Assembly: GCA_944391445.1 (NCBI GenBank)
Contig: CALXTL010000004.1
Coordinates: 20,572 to 84,571, forward strand
Reading direction: 5' to 3'
DNA: 64,000 nt
DNA from: an uncultured Alphaproteobacteria bacterium
Lineage (GTDB): Bacteria > Pseudomonadota > Alphaproteobacteria > RF32 > CAG-239
The translations under genes and the position numbers were made by a program. The notes beneath the pieces are model-generated. The model had not been told where the DNA came from and did not search any database. It worked only from the letters and a program-made list of their open reading frames with translations. Shown piece by piece: positions 25,018 through 35,631 of the stretch. The first letter of the stretch is position 1. Each line of letters starts with the position of its first letter.

Positions 25018-26263
25018 GTCAAACAACCGCAGAAACCGTACCGATATTGCTGTCGCCGAATATCTGCGCCGGCTGGATGACAGTGTGCGCGAATATGACG
25101 CCATTTATATCAGAGTCTCTGCGCTTGAAAATAAAAATCTCCGCGAATCTCATCGTCAGGAACTGGCCGACACTTTTGCTGCTTTTGTTTCTCAGAGCAT
25201 GGCGCGCTATTTCTGGTTTGCTAATGAAGACGTTATTGTTATTTACAACCGCCGCATTAAAGACGAAATTCTTTCCTGCCTTGTCAAAATCCGTTTCATT
25301 TTCCACGATGACCAATTGCTTAAAGGCACCGACAACTTGGAATCTGCCGGTTTCATACGCTTCTACAACATGGCTCAGGACAAAAAAGATTTTTATCACC
25401 TGGTCAGTTTTTTAAGCAAACAGCAAACACCGATCAAACTGCAAACCAAAAAAGTAATGCCTTTCACCATGTCGCCGATTAATCAGACGCCGCAAAAACA
25501 AAAAAAACCTCTGACCACAGACATTTTGGCCCGGGTGCAGAAAATTCTCTCGGTAGCGGATTTTTCCAGCTTTATCCGTCGACAGGCCATCTGCGCCGTC
25601 ATCGGCAAATCATCGCCGCTGCGGGTGTTTGAAGAAGTATACGTTTCCATTCCCGATCTGCGTGAAATGCTCCTGCCCGATGTGGACCTCCTGTCTGATC
25701 CGTGGCTGTTTCTTTCGCTGAGCGAAACCTTGGACAAGCGGGTGCTGGAAACCATCAGCCGCCATGATGACGGTTCGCTCATCGGCAACTTCAGCATTAA
25801 TATAAATGTATCGACGATTCTTTCTGATGAATTTCTCGCTTTTGACGAAAGCATCAGCGCCTCCATGCGGCCAAGCATTATTCTTGAGCTGCAACTGGTT
25901 GACATTTTCAGCGACATTAAATCATTCGTTTTGGCTAAAACTTTTGCGCAGGCCCGCGGTTATAAAATCTGCATTGACGGCATCACCGTCGACAAACTCA
26001 AATATCTCAACCGCGCCAATCTCAACTGCGACCTGATGAAAATCATTTGGCACCCGGCTTTCACGGAAGTTGTCAACGAAGACAAGCATTTCATGGACTA
26101 TATCAATAAAGCAGAGCGCGCCAAAATGATCCTCTGCCGCATTGATGACCCTTCCGCCATTGAAGTTGGCAATTCTCTGGGCATCAATCTTTATCAGGGC
26201 CGCTATGTCCAACGTTTGCTCAACGCCACCGCGCCCCGAGTTCCTTTTGCCCAGCACAAATAA
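25007..26263 (+). CDS. Hypothetical signalling protein, paralogue 2 of the preceding gene (degenerate GGDEF-like plus EAL-like), without the Cys tail
   Basis: It is collinear with paralogue 1: DVDLLSDPWLFLSLSETLDKR aligns with DVDLTANKWLFLYLTQTLDKK, ICIDGIT with ILIDGLI, LMKIIWHP with LIKLFWNP, and LYQGRY with AFQGPY. The start is ATG 25007 or TTG 24974, and either overlaps the paralogue 1 3' end. Confidence 0.45.
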   Translation: MEIRSNNRRNRTDIAVAEYLRRLDDSVREYDAIYIRVSALENKNLRESHRQELADTFAAFVSQSMARYFWFANEDVIVIYNRRIKDEILSCLVKIRFIFHDDQLLKGTDNLESAGFIRFYNMAQDKKDFYHLVSFLSKQQTPIKLQTKKVMPFTMSPINQTPQKQKKPLTTDILARVQKILSVADFSSFIRRQAICAVIGKSSPLRVFEEVYVSIPDLREMLLPDVDLLSDPWLFLSLSETLDKRVLETISRHDDGSLIGNFSININVSTILSDEFLAFDESISASMRPSIILELQLVDIFSDIKSFVLAKTFAQARGYKICIDGITVDKLKYLNRANLNCDLMKIIWHPAFTEVVNEDKHFMDYINKAERAKMILCRIDDPSAIEVGNSLGINLYQGRYVQRLLNATAPRVPFAQHK

Positions 26264-26411
26264 ATTTTAGGCACAATCTCCGCTTGCATTTCTGTTCTTG
26301 GTGTGTTAAAGGAAAAGCCGATTATGCTATCATTATGGAGTTATTAAGCAAACAGCTTCATGGAACTCCTTTTACGGAAACTTTTTTATAAACCCATAAA
26401 ACATTGTTCGT

Positions 26412-27278
26412 ATGAAGAAAATTATTGTACTAGATGCCGAAGAAAACGCTTTTTTGTTTGACGGTCATCACATGGAAAATCTCGGTCATGCCGAAAAGTT
26501 CAAAAACTCATGGAAAAACGTCATTTATGCCATTGGCAAAAACCTCTACGGAAAATTTAAGGATAAATATTTTCTATTGGCAATTGATGCTGAAGTGTTT
26601 GGTTTTGGCGCTCCGGACACCTACGCGGAAAAACAATTTGCCTGTATTGGCGGAGAATATGTGTATCTGGACCCTAAAGTGCCCGGAATTCACAAATTAC
26701 CCAATAGTCCGGTCTATGCCGAGTTTTATGCCACAACAGATATTGACTTGGCGGCCACCGCATGCCTGATTAAAAAAGCAAAAGGAGAATGCTACGTCTT
26801 CCTGTTGAATGCCGACGGGGAAATTGCCCCTTCTGAAAAAGAAGCCTTGCTCTACAACGGTTGCCTTTTCTGGAATGGCGGCGGATATATTCTGCATAAG
26901 GGGCTGTTTCTGCGTGAACCTTGGACAATAGCTTACCAAAATGAAGCGTACCTGGTTTTGCAACTGAGACACGTTTTATTCTTCTTTGGAACCGACGGTA
27001 CCAAAAAAGTTCTCGGCCGGCTCAAAGAAATTGTCGACACACCAAACGGCAAAGTTCTCTTGGCCTATATCGGGAAAGACATTTTCTGTTATCATTTTGG
27101 AGACCAAAACATCCAAAATATCGTTTGCGTGACGGAAGGTCAGAACTACAGCATCGATAAAGAAGGAAATATTTGTCACGAATACATCTATCAAATGAGC
27201 CTTGATGATCCTGACACATATGTTTCTGAAATTTATAAATTCCGCGACGGAAAATACGTTCGCGTGACAGATGCATAA
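26412..27278 (+). CDS. Hypothetical protein (orphan, no recognisable domain)
   Basis: 288-aa ORF with no TM or signal sequence, followed by a perfect 17-bp terminator hairpin. Confidence 0.45.
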   Translation: MKKIIVLDAEENAFLFDGHHMENLGHAEKFKNSWKNVIYAIGKNLYGKFKDKYFLLAIDAEVFGFGAPDTYAEKQFACIGGEYVYLDPKVPGIHKLPNSPVYAEFYATTDIDLAATACLIKKAKGECYVFLLNADGEIAPSEKEALLYNGCLFWNGGGYILHKGLFLREPWTIAYQNEAYLVLQLRHVLFFFGTDGTKKVLGRLKEIVDTPNGKVLLAYIGKDIFCYHFGDQNIQNIVCVTEGQNYSIDKEGNICHEYIYQMSLDDPDTYVSEIYKFRDGKYVRVTDA

Positions 27279-27289
27279 CTCTTCCTTAT

Positions 27290-27327
27290 AAGAAAAACCT
27301 CTCATCTTCAGATGAGAGGTTTTTCTT
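27290..27327. terminator. Bidirectional intrinsic terminator (17-bp perfect stem)
   Basis: aagaaaaacctctcatc-ttca-gatgagaggtttttctt, between the convergent 288-aa gene and the DUF465 gene. Confidence 0.7.
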
Positions 27328-27332
27328 ATGTA

Positions 27333-27518
27333 TCAATGGCTACGCAGACTTCTTCGCAACAATTCGTCTTTCTTACGGAGCTTTTCTTTCTTAAGCTGTT
27401 CGATTCTAATCATATTTTTCCAGATATGGCGTTCTTCCTTTTTAAGAGCGGCTTCCAACCGGGCATGCTGAAGGCGCAGGTTTTCAACCGTCGTCTCAAC
27501 TTCCGTATACGTCATCAT
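27333..27518 (-). CDS. DUF465 (YdcH-like) small coiled-coil protein
   Basis: 61 aa. VENLRLQHARLEAAL...IEQLKKEKLRKKDEL fits the DUF465 pattern common in alphaproteobacteria. Confidence 0.6.
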   Translation of the reverse strand: MMTYTEVETTVENLRLQHARLEAALKKEERHIWKNMIRIEQLKKEKLRKKDELLRRSLRSH

Positions 27519-27606
27519 GAATCTCCTTTAATAAGGTGATCGACAACATATATTATAATCATCTTTTTACCAAAAGACCATATAAAAAAAACAAAGGAGA
27601 ACAAAT

Positions 27607-27996
27607 ATGCCGAATATGGATTGGTATGCCGCGCTGGCTAAATCGCCGTTAACACCGCCGCCATATGTTTTTCAGACAATATGGCCGCTTTTATATCTTC
27701 TGATGGGAATTTCGGTTTATCTTTATGTGCGCCAGACACCGAAAATTCAGCGCCCGCTGGGTATCTCTTTCTTTGGGCTGCAGCTTTTTCTTAATTTTTT
27801 GTGGAGCCCGGTTTTCTTCGGAATGCAACATATCGGCGGCGCCTTGCTGATTTTATCTTTGCTGATTTTCGCTGTCCTCGGCACAATATGGATCTTTGCC
27901 AAAACTTCAAAAACAGCCGCTTGGCTGCTTGCGCCGTATTTTATATGGGGTTTGTTCGCCTGGCATCTTAATTTTGCCGTCTGGCAACTAAACTAA
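27607..27996 (+). CDS. tspO: TspO/MBR family (tryptophan-rich sensory protein), short form
   Basis: WYAALAKSPLTPPPYVFQTIWPLLYLLMG and LAPYFIWGLFAWHLNFAVW are TspO signatures. ATG is preceded by AAAGGAGA. At 129 aa it lacks the usual first TM helix. Confidence 0.7.
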   Translation: MPNMDWYAALAKSPLTPPPYVFQTIWPLLYLLMGISVYLYVRQTPKIQRPLGISFFGLQLFLNFLWSPVFFGMQHIGGALLILSLLIFAVLGTIWIFAKTSKTAAWLLAPYFIWGLFAWHLNFAVWQLN

Positions 27997-28013
27997 TATC
28001 CTGGCAGCAAAGG

Positions 28014-29153
28014 TCAGTCTTTGCCGATATTAATATTCCGATTAATATTAACCGAAAGGATAATGCCGAAAGAAGCCATGACCGATAAAATCACCGTTCC
28101 GCCATAAGAAATCAGCGGCAGCGGCACCCCGACCACCGGAATCAAACCCAACACCATGGCCATATTGATCATGACATACAGAAAATAATTGGTTGCCAGA
28201 CCAACGGCGGCCAACTTGCCGAAATAGCTGGTTGTGCGCAAGGCAAAAGCATAACTATAGACCAAAACCAAAATATTGACCACCACCACAAAGATAGCGC
28301 CGATCATGCCAAATTCTTCTGAAAGCATCGTAAAAATAAAATCAGTGTGCTTTTCCGGCAGAAAGTTCAGATGGCTCTGTGTTCCTTTCAGAAAACCTTT
28401 GCCGAAAACACCGCCCGAACCAAGCGCAATTTTTGATTGAATGATATGATAACCGGCGCCGAGCGGATCTCTTTCCGGATCCAAAAAAGTCAGAACGCGG
28501 TTTTGCTGGTAATCATGCAATAAATTCCAAGCAATAGGCATAGAAACAATTGCGCCAAGCAAAACCACGCCAAATTTCCACAACTGCACGCCAACCGCAA
28601 AAAACATGGCCCCCGCCGTAAACAAAAGCATCAGCGCCGTGCCGAGATCCGGCTGCGTCATCACCAAAAATGCGGGAATCAACACAATCAGCAAAGGTGT
28701 CACAAGACCGCGTACGGTTTCAATATTCTGCAGCGACGTGCCGTGAAAATACCGGGCCAAAGCCAGTACCATGGCAATTTTCATCAGTTCTGAAGGTTGT
28801 AGCTTCATAAACCCCAAATTAATCCAGCGCTGGGCTCCCATACCGACATGCCCGCTGACTTCCACGATAAACAGCAAAACCAGCGTTGCAAAATAAAACA
28901 AATAAGCATAGCGCATAAAATACTTAACATCAATCATCGCCACCACCAGCATCACCGCAAAACCAAGACAAAAGCGCAACAACTGGTTAAGTGCCCATGG
29001 CTGCCAGCTGCCATTTGCCGCCGAATACAACATGGTGACGCCGATAGAAGCCAAAATCATGATAAACATCAGATAGGCAAAATTCAGACTCTGAAATTTT
29101 TCTTTCAGAGTCAATGACTGACTTTTAAAACTCGTTTCATAAAATTTATACAT
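28014..29153 (-). CDS. rodA: Rod shape-determining SEDS protein RodA
   Basis: SEDS/FtsW-RodA signatures GAQRWINLGFMKLQPSELMK, PDLGTAL, HTDFIF and PLISYGGT. It lies downstream of mrdA. Confidence 0.9.
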   Translation of the reverse strand: MYKFYETSFKSQSLTLKEKFQSLNFAYLMFIMILASIGVTMLYSAANGSWQPWALNQLLRFCLGFAVMLVVAMIDVKYFMRYAYLFYFATLVLLFIVEVSGHVGMGAQRWINLGFMKLQPSELMKIAMVLALARYFHGTSLQNIETVRGLVTPLLIVLIPAFLVMTQPDLGTALMLLFTAGAMFFAVGVQLWKFGVVLLGAIVSMPIAWNLLHDYQQNRVLTFLDPERDPLGAGYHIIQSKIALGSGGVFGKGFLKGTQSHLNFLPEKHTDFIFTMLSEEFGMIGAIFVVVVNILVLVYSYAFALRTTSYFGKLAAVGLATNYFLYVMINMAMVLGLIPVVGVPLPLISYGGTVILSVMASFGIILSVNINRNINIGKD

Positions 29154-29155
29154 TC

Positions 29156-30982
29156 TTATTCCACCGGCTTTGCTGTTGCATCAAGTTTCAGAGCTTCCAA
29201 CAATAATTTGCTGCCAATTGGCGCCGCCACCGCCGAACCGCTGCGGCCGTGCTCTACCAAAACCGCCACCGCATAACGCGGATTATCATACGGCGCATAG
29301 CCGACAAAAACCGCGTGATTACGATATTTCCAAGGCAAATCTTCCTGTCGGACAATCCCTGTCTGTCGTTCTTTCATCGTGATGCGCCGAACCTGAGTTG
29401 TTCCCGTCTTCCCGGCCATTTTCATCCCGTGAAAATCAAAATACGATCCTCTGGCCGTTCCGCCCGGAGCATTCACGACATTAAACATCCCTTCGCGCAC
29501 AAGAGCCAGATTGGCGGCGCTGATATTCATTTTTTCCAGTTCCGGCTTTTCCGTTGTCTTGACCAGCGTCGGTTTGACACGATACCCGCCGTTGGCAATT
29601 CGGGCGGTCATGGTTGCCAGTTGAATCGGCGTTGTCAGAATATAACCTTGCCCGATACCGGAAATCAGCGTCTCGCCGAGTTGCCAGGGCTCGCCAAAAC
29701 GACGGCGTTTCCAATCACTGTCAGGAATAAGCCCGGCTTTTTCGTTCTCCAGACCGATGTTGACTTTCTGCCCAAGCCCAAAACGGCGTGCCATTTCCGC
29801 AATTTTATTAATACCGACTTTTTGCGCCGTTTCATAAAAGAAAATATCGCAGGAATGCTGCAACCCCTGCACCACATCCAAATAACCGTGTCCGGGTCTC
29901 TTCCAGCAATGAAAGGCATGATTGCCCAAAAACATTCGTCCGGCGCAAAAAGATCTGGTCTGCGGGCTGATGGCGCCGCTTTCCAACGCGGCCAAAGCCA
30001 CCACCATCTTAAAGGTTGACCCTGGCGAATATTGTCCGGACAAAACTTTATTCATCAACGGCTTATGTTCATTTTTATTCAGTTCGATCCACTCTTTTGA
30101 GCTGACACCCTGCGTCAGCAAATTCGGATCATACGCCGGCGTGGAAACAAAAGCCAGGATTTCGCCGCTGTACACATCAAGCAAAACCGCCGCGCCTGTC
30201 TCTTCGCCAAACAGATCATAAGCCTTTGACTGCAGCCGTGCATCAAGACTAAGCTCGACTTTTTCTCCGGGAATACCGTCAACGCGTTCAATCTCTTTCA
30301 TCACCCGTCCAAAAGCATTCACCTCAAGTTTAAGGTTGCCGCTTTTACCGCGCAGCTTCTTTTCATAAAGCTTTTCAATACCGGCCTTACCAATCTTGAA
30401 CCCCGGCACTTCCAACAGCGGATCGCTTTCTCGGCGGATATCCTGTTCCGAAACAGAAGAAACATAACCGATGACATGAGCTGTTTTTTCGCCGTAAGGA
30501 TAATATCGCGTCAATCCCTCGTCAATGATAATTCCCGGCAGATCCGGCGCATTCAGCTGAATCCGCGCGACCTCCTCCCAACTCAGATTATCTTTGATTT
30601 TAATTGGCACAAAGCTGCGATTCTTCTTCAAATCTTTTTTAATTTGCTCTTCTTCAGCCTCCGACAAAGGCATAATTTTCTTAAAAGCATCTAATGTTTC
30701 CTGCACATTGGGTGTTTGCTCGGCCACAATCATCGCTTGAAAATTCTGTCGATTAGTCGCCAGCATTTCGCCATGGCGATCATAAATCACGCCGCGCGGA
30801 GGCACCAGCAACCGCGTAGAAATCCGATTCTCGTCAGACAGCGTCTTATATTTATCCGCCTGATAAACCTGCAGATAATACAACCGGGCAATAATCACAA
30901 ACAACAGCAAAACCTGACCTGCCGCCAAAATCAGCGAACGGCCGATCAACATCTTGCCTTTGTCATTATCCCTGTTCATCAA
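29156..30982 (-). CDS. mrdA: Penicillin-binding protein 2 (elongasome transpeptidase)
   Basis: Transpeptidase motifs SPGSTFK (SxxK), SCD (SxN-like) and KTGT. The N-terminal TM and dimerisation region contains RGVIYDRHGEMLATN. Confidence 0.9.
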   Translation of the reverse strand: MMNRDNDKGKMLIGRSLILAAGQVLLLFVIIARLYYLQVYQADKYKTLSDENRISTRLLVPPRGVIYDRHGEMLATNRQNFQAMIVAEQTPNVQETLDAFKKIMPLSEAEEEQIKKDLKKNRSFVPIKIKDNLSWEEVARIQLNAPDLPGIIIDEGLTRYYPYGEKTAHVIGYVSSVSEQDIRRESDPLLEVPGFKIGKAGIEKLYEKKLRGKSGNLKLEVNAFGRVMKEIERVDGIPGEKVELSLDARLQSKAYDLFGEETGAAVLLDVYSGEILAFVSTPAYDPNLLTQGVSSKEWIELNKNEHKPLMNKVLSGQYSPGSTFKMVVALAALESGAISPQTRSFCAGRMFLGNHAFHCWKRPGHGYLDVVQGLQHSCDIFFYETAQKVGINKIAEMARRFGLGQKVNIGLENEKAGLIPDSDWKRRRFGEPWQLGETLISGIGQGYILTTPIQLATMTARIANGGYRVKPTLVKTTEKPELEKMNISAANLALVREGMFNVVNAPGGTARGSYFDFHGMKMAGKTGTTQVRRITMKERQTGIVRQEDLPWKYRNHAVFVGYAPYDNPRYAVAVLVEHGRSGSAVAAPIGSKLLLEALKLDATAKPVE

Positions 30983-31497
30983 TCTTCATCCTGAATCAGT
31001 TTATTTTGCACAAAAGCCAGCAACAAAGACACCAGCGGATAACAAAAAACCGTCACCAGATAGCTGAAGAGCAAAATCCCCAACGGCAGGAAACAACTGT
31101 AATAAACCGAAACCACCAACCAGCGCGACAGCATCGTTACCAGTGCAAGTACCATAAAACCGTACCACAACGCCACAAAAGGCTTTGCCGTCAAAAACCG
31201 GGAAGCCGCATTTGTCAACGCATATAAAACAAGCATGGCAAAAATACTGGACCCCATGGGCGCCGAGCTGATCAAATCATCAATCAGACCCAACAAAAAA
31301 ACTGACCCAAGACTAAACAAGTCCGGACGATGCACCAGCCAGAAATAACCGCAGACCAACGCAATGGCGGGGTGAATGCTGTTTAAAAACATAAAATCAA
31401 AAGGCAGATACGAAAGCAAAATAAAAAAAACCGATGACAACAGCGGCAGCAGACGTTGAAACAGCGAATTAATATTTTCGTCGAGTTCGTCACTCAT
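30979..31497 (-). CDS. mreD: Rod shape-determining protein MreD
   Basis: 172-aa polytopic membrane protein between mreC and mrdA, overlapping both. Confidence 0.7.
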   Translation of the reverse strand: MSDELDENINSLFQRLLPLLSSVFFILLSYLPFDFMFLNSIHPAIALVCGYFWLVHRPDLFSLGSVFLLGLIDDLISSAPMGSSIFAMLVLYALTNAASRFLTAKPFVALWYGFMVLALVTMLSRWLVVSVYYSCFLPLGILLFSYLVTVFCYPLVSLLLAFVQNKLIQDED

Positions 31498-32368
31498 GTC
31501 CGCCCTCGTGTTTCAACTGTAAATCATCTTCGCTCAACAAGCCTTCCAAGCCGTAATTAATCAGTTTGATATATTCAAGTTTTTCAAGAGAACTGAACGG
31601 CTTAACCGCAATTTCATTTTTCTCGGCGCTGACAACCTTGCCGATCGGCAGTCCGGCAGGAAACACGCCGGCCACACCGGAAGTCACAATTCTGTCGCCG
31701 ACACTGATACCGGCATCTAACGGCGTAAACACCAGTTTGGGCAAAGTAGTATTATCCCCCGACAAAATACCGCGAACGCGCGAGCTTTCAACCATCACCG
31801 GAATTTTTGAGTTAATATCGGTAATCAGCAAAATCCGGGCATAAGCGGCTCCTACCCTGTCCACACGCCCCACGACCCCGCGTTCAGACATGGCGACCTG
31901 ACCTTTTTCAACATGTTTATCGCCGATATACGCAATCATCGAATGAGAAAAAGCGTCCCCTTCCTCGGCAATCACTCTGGCTGTCACAAAATCGGAATCC
32001 GGCGGCGTCACATAGTTCAAAAGATCGCTCAGCAGGCGGTTTTCAATCTCTAAAGACTTATAACGGTCATACAACAGATTAAGCTGACGGTTTTCCTCTT
32101 TCAGACGCAAATTATCGGCATGAATCTGTCGCAAGTCCCGAAAATAATCATAGCTGCGCACCACCATTTTGGCCGGCAGAGCCAAAACATCAATCAGCGG
32201 CGAAAGCATATCCGTTGCAACATTAGAAGTTTTCTCAATCAAAATTGTATCGGTTTTATTGACCAGCATCAGCGCAAAAGCAGACAAAAACAAGATTACT
32301 AGCGCAAACTTTTTGGCTAGTAATCGAATATGGCTGAGATGTAAAAATAAACTTCTGCGCCGTTTCAT
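31490..32368 (-). CDS. mreC: Rod shape-determining protein MreC
   Basis: N-terminal TM and coiled coil (LRLKEENRQLNLL), followed by beta-domains ending in VTSGVAGVFPAGLPIGKV. Confidence 0.85.
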   Translation of the reverse strand: MKRRRSLFLHLSHIRLLAKKFALVILFLSAFALMLVNKTDTILIEKTSNVATDMLSPLIDVLALPAKMVVRSYDYFRDLRQIHADNLRLKEENRQLNLLYDRYKSLEIENRLLSDLLNYVTPPDSDFVTARVIAEEGDAFSHSMIAYIGDKHVEKGQVAMSERGVVGRVDRVGAAYARILLITDINSKIPVMVESSRVRGILSGDNTTLPKLVFTPLDAGISVGDRIVTSGVAGVFPAGLPIGKVVSAEKNEIAVKPFSSLEKLEYIKLINYGLEGLLSEDDLQLKHEGGHE

Positions 32369-32475
32369 AAATTCAAAAACCTTCCGGACAAATGCGTCTC
32401 AAAACGCTGACAGTTCACACCGGACAACACGCGAACCGGTACAGCCGCTTAAAGAGCTGTACCGGTCTTTTGACC

Positions 32476-33555
<1,080 letters not shown>

Positions 33556-33665
33556 TTATAACGATAATCTTTTCTGTGCAAGAGCAAATTGTTTTTTTAA
33601 CAAATAAATAAAAGCGTTAAAATTTCCTTCCAAAAATTTTTCCGTTTGCCCGTCATCCGGCAAAT

Positions 33666-34610
33666 TCAGAAACAATCTTGCCTCTCCCAGCAATGTTCAA
33701 TCAAACACTGAGCCGCCAGCTTATTCCGAAACCAGGTTCTTTGGCGCTTGGCATATTGGCGGGTATGCAGTTTTGCCAAATCAACGGCTTGTTCCAGACA
33801 GATCTCGTTCTGCAGATAAGCGGCCAATTCGGGAACCCCGAGCATTTTCATTGCCGGCAGCTTCGGATCAAGCCCCAGAGCTAAAAGCCGCCGCACTTCC
33901 TCCAAAGCCCCGTTTTCCATCATCCGGTCAAACCGAAAGCGGCATCGCTCATCAAGTTCGGCTATGGCAGGAATAATCTTGATCACATAAAACTCAGCCG
34001 CCGGCAACTTTTTCTCCAATGGCTTACTGTACCATTCGTCAATAGAAATTCCTGTTTGCAAAAAAATCTCACAGGCACGCCGCACGCGCGTTGTATCATT
34101 GACATTAAGACGCGCCGCTCCAGCCGGGTCCATTTGTTTCAACCGGGCATACAAACCGCTTTGTCCTTCCGCGGCCAAAAGTTGCCATACCTCTTCCCGA
34201 ACGGTTGCAAGCGGTTCGGGGATCGGCGTTGTTCCGTTAATCAGATTGTCGATATAAAGCCCCGTTCCGCCGACGACGATCGGCAATCTTTCGCGTTTTT
34301 GAACCTCGTTAACAGCTTCAACGGCACGTTGCAGCCAATCAACCACCGTACCGCGAACCGCCGGCGGATATATTTCGTATAAATGATGCGGAATCTCATT
34401 TTTTTCCGCAGCCGTCGGCGCGGCCGAAATCAGAGACATTCCCTGGTAGACCTGCATTGAATCGGCATTGATGATTTCGCCTTTATACCGTCGGGCAAGT
34501 TCCATTGCCAGCCCGGACTTACCCGATGCTGTCGGCCCGGCGATGACAACCACGGTATTAGATTTGACATTATTCAGCTCAATCATACAATCCGTCCCTG
34601 AATCGACCAA
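33666..34610 (-). CDS. miaA: tRNA dimethylallyltransferase
   Basis: P-loop IAGPTASGKSG, then INADSMQVYQGM, GGTGLY and YAKRQRTWFR. Confidence 0.9.
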   Translation of the reverse strand: MVDSGTDCMIELNNVKSNTVVVIAGPTASGKSGLAMELARRYKGEIINADSMQVYQGMSLISAAPTAAEKNEIPHHLYEIYPPAVRGTVVDWLQRAVEAVNEVQKRERLPIVVGGTGLYIDNLINGTTPIPEPLATVREEVWQLLAAEGQSGLYARLKQMDPAGAARLNVNDTTRVRRACEIFLQTGISIDEWYSKPLEKKLPAAEFYVIKIIPAIAELDERCRFRFDRMMENGALEEVRRLLALGLDPKLPAMKMLGVPELAAYLQNEICLEQAVDLAKLHTRQYAKRQRTWFRNKLAAQCLIEHCWERQDCF

Positions 34611-34622
34611 ACATTTTGCGGA

Positions 34623-35540
34623 TCAAATCTTCCGGCATTTGGCATTTTCAACCAGTTTGACGCATAAATCCGCATAAGAAACACCGGCATATTTAGCTTG
34701 TTCGGGAACCAGCGACAATGAGGTCATTCCCGGATTGGTGTTGATTTCAAGCAAGACGACGCCATCTGCGGGATTATACCGGAAATCAGTGCGGGACACA
34801 GTATTGCACCCCAGTTGCCGATGCAGTTTTTCCGCATAAATTTTACAGGTTTTTGCAACTTCGTCAGGAATCTCCGCCGGCAAAATATGTTGCGTGGCGC
34901 CGGTGGTATATTTGGCTCTGTAATCATAAAACGCATCCGAGGCACGCAGCTCGGTAACAACATACGCCTTTCCTTCCAGACACATGACCGTCAGCTCCTG
35001 CCCGGAAATATACTTTTCCACCAGAATTTCCCGATCCGTATCTTCATATTTGATTTTGGACAAATCTTCTTTGCTGTTGACAATAAACACCCCGACACTG
35101 GATCCGTCGCTCACCGGCTTAACCACATAAGGCATCGGAATAAGCGTTCCGTCGGCCAGAAAATCGCGCACTGTCATTTTTTGACTCGGAGCCACACGAA
35201 TACCACAGCTTTCAGCCACCATTTTGGTAAGAAATTTATCCATGCCGAGGGCTGATGCTTTCAACCCGGAATGGGTATAAGGTATCTGCATCAGATCGAG
35301 CATTCCCTGAATTTCGCCGTCTTCGCCCCAGTTGCCGTATAAACCGTTAAAAATAACGTCAGGTTTTTCTTGCTTAAGAACATCAATCAATTTCCACACA
35401 TCGGTAAAATCATGTGTCACAACCCGGTACCCTTTTGACACCAGAGCTGCCGCAATATCTTTCCCCGAATTGAGGCTGACATCTCTTTCTGCCGACAAAC
35501 CGCCGCTCAGAACCAAAACTTTTTTAGCTTCCCCTGACAT
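34623..35540 (-). CDS. ddl: D-alanine--D-alanine ligase
   Basis: KKVLVLSGGLSAERDVSLNSG, GEDGEIQGMLDLMQIPYTHSG and LEINTNPGMT. ATG at 35540 is chosen; the 72-codon upstream extension of the ORF track has no Ddl similarity. Confidence 0.9.
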   Translation of the reverse strand: MSGEAKKVLVLSGGLSAERDVSLNSGKDIAAALVSKGYRVVTHDFTDVWKLIDVLKQEKPDVIFNGLYGNWGEDGEIQGMLDLMQIPYTHSGLKASALGMDKFLTKMVAESCGIRVAPSQKMTVRDFLADGTLIPMPYVVKPVSDGSSVGVFIVNSKEDLSKIKYEDTDREILVEKYISGQELTVMCLEGKAYVVTELRASDAFYDYRAKYTTGATQHILPAEIPDEVAKTCKIYAEKLHRQLGCNTVSRTDFRYNPADGVVLLEINTNPGMTSLSLVPEQAKYAGVSYADLCVKLVENAKCRKI

Positions 35541-35631
35541 GATTAAGTCCTTTAAATTATAAATTTTTATGCTATGGTATGCGCAATTGCTGTCATTATA
35601 TGTCAAAAGTTTAAAGAAAGAATAAAGCCAA

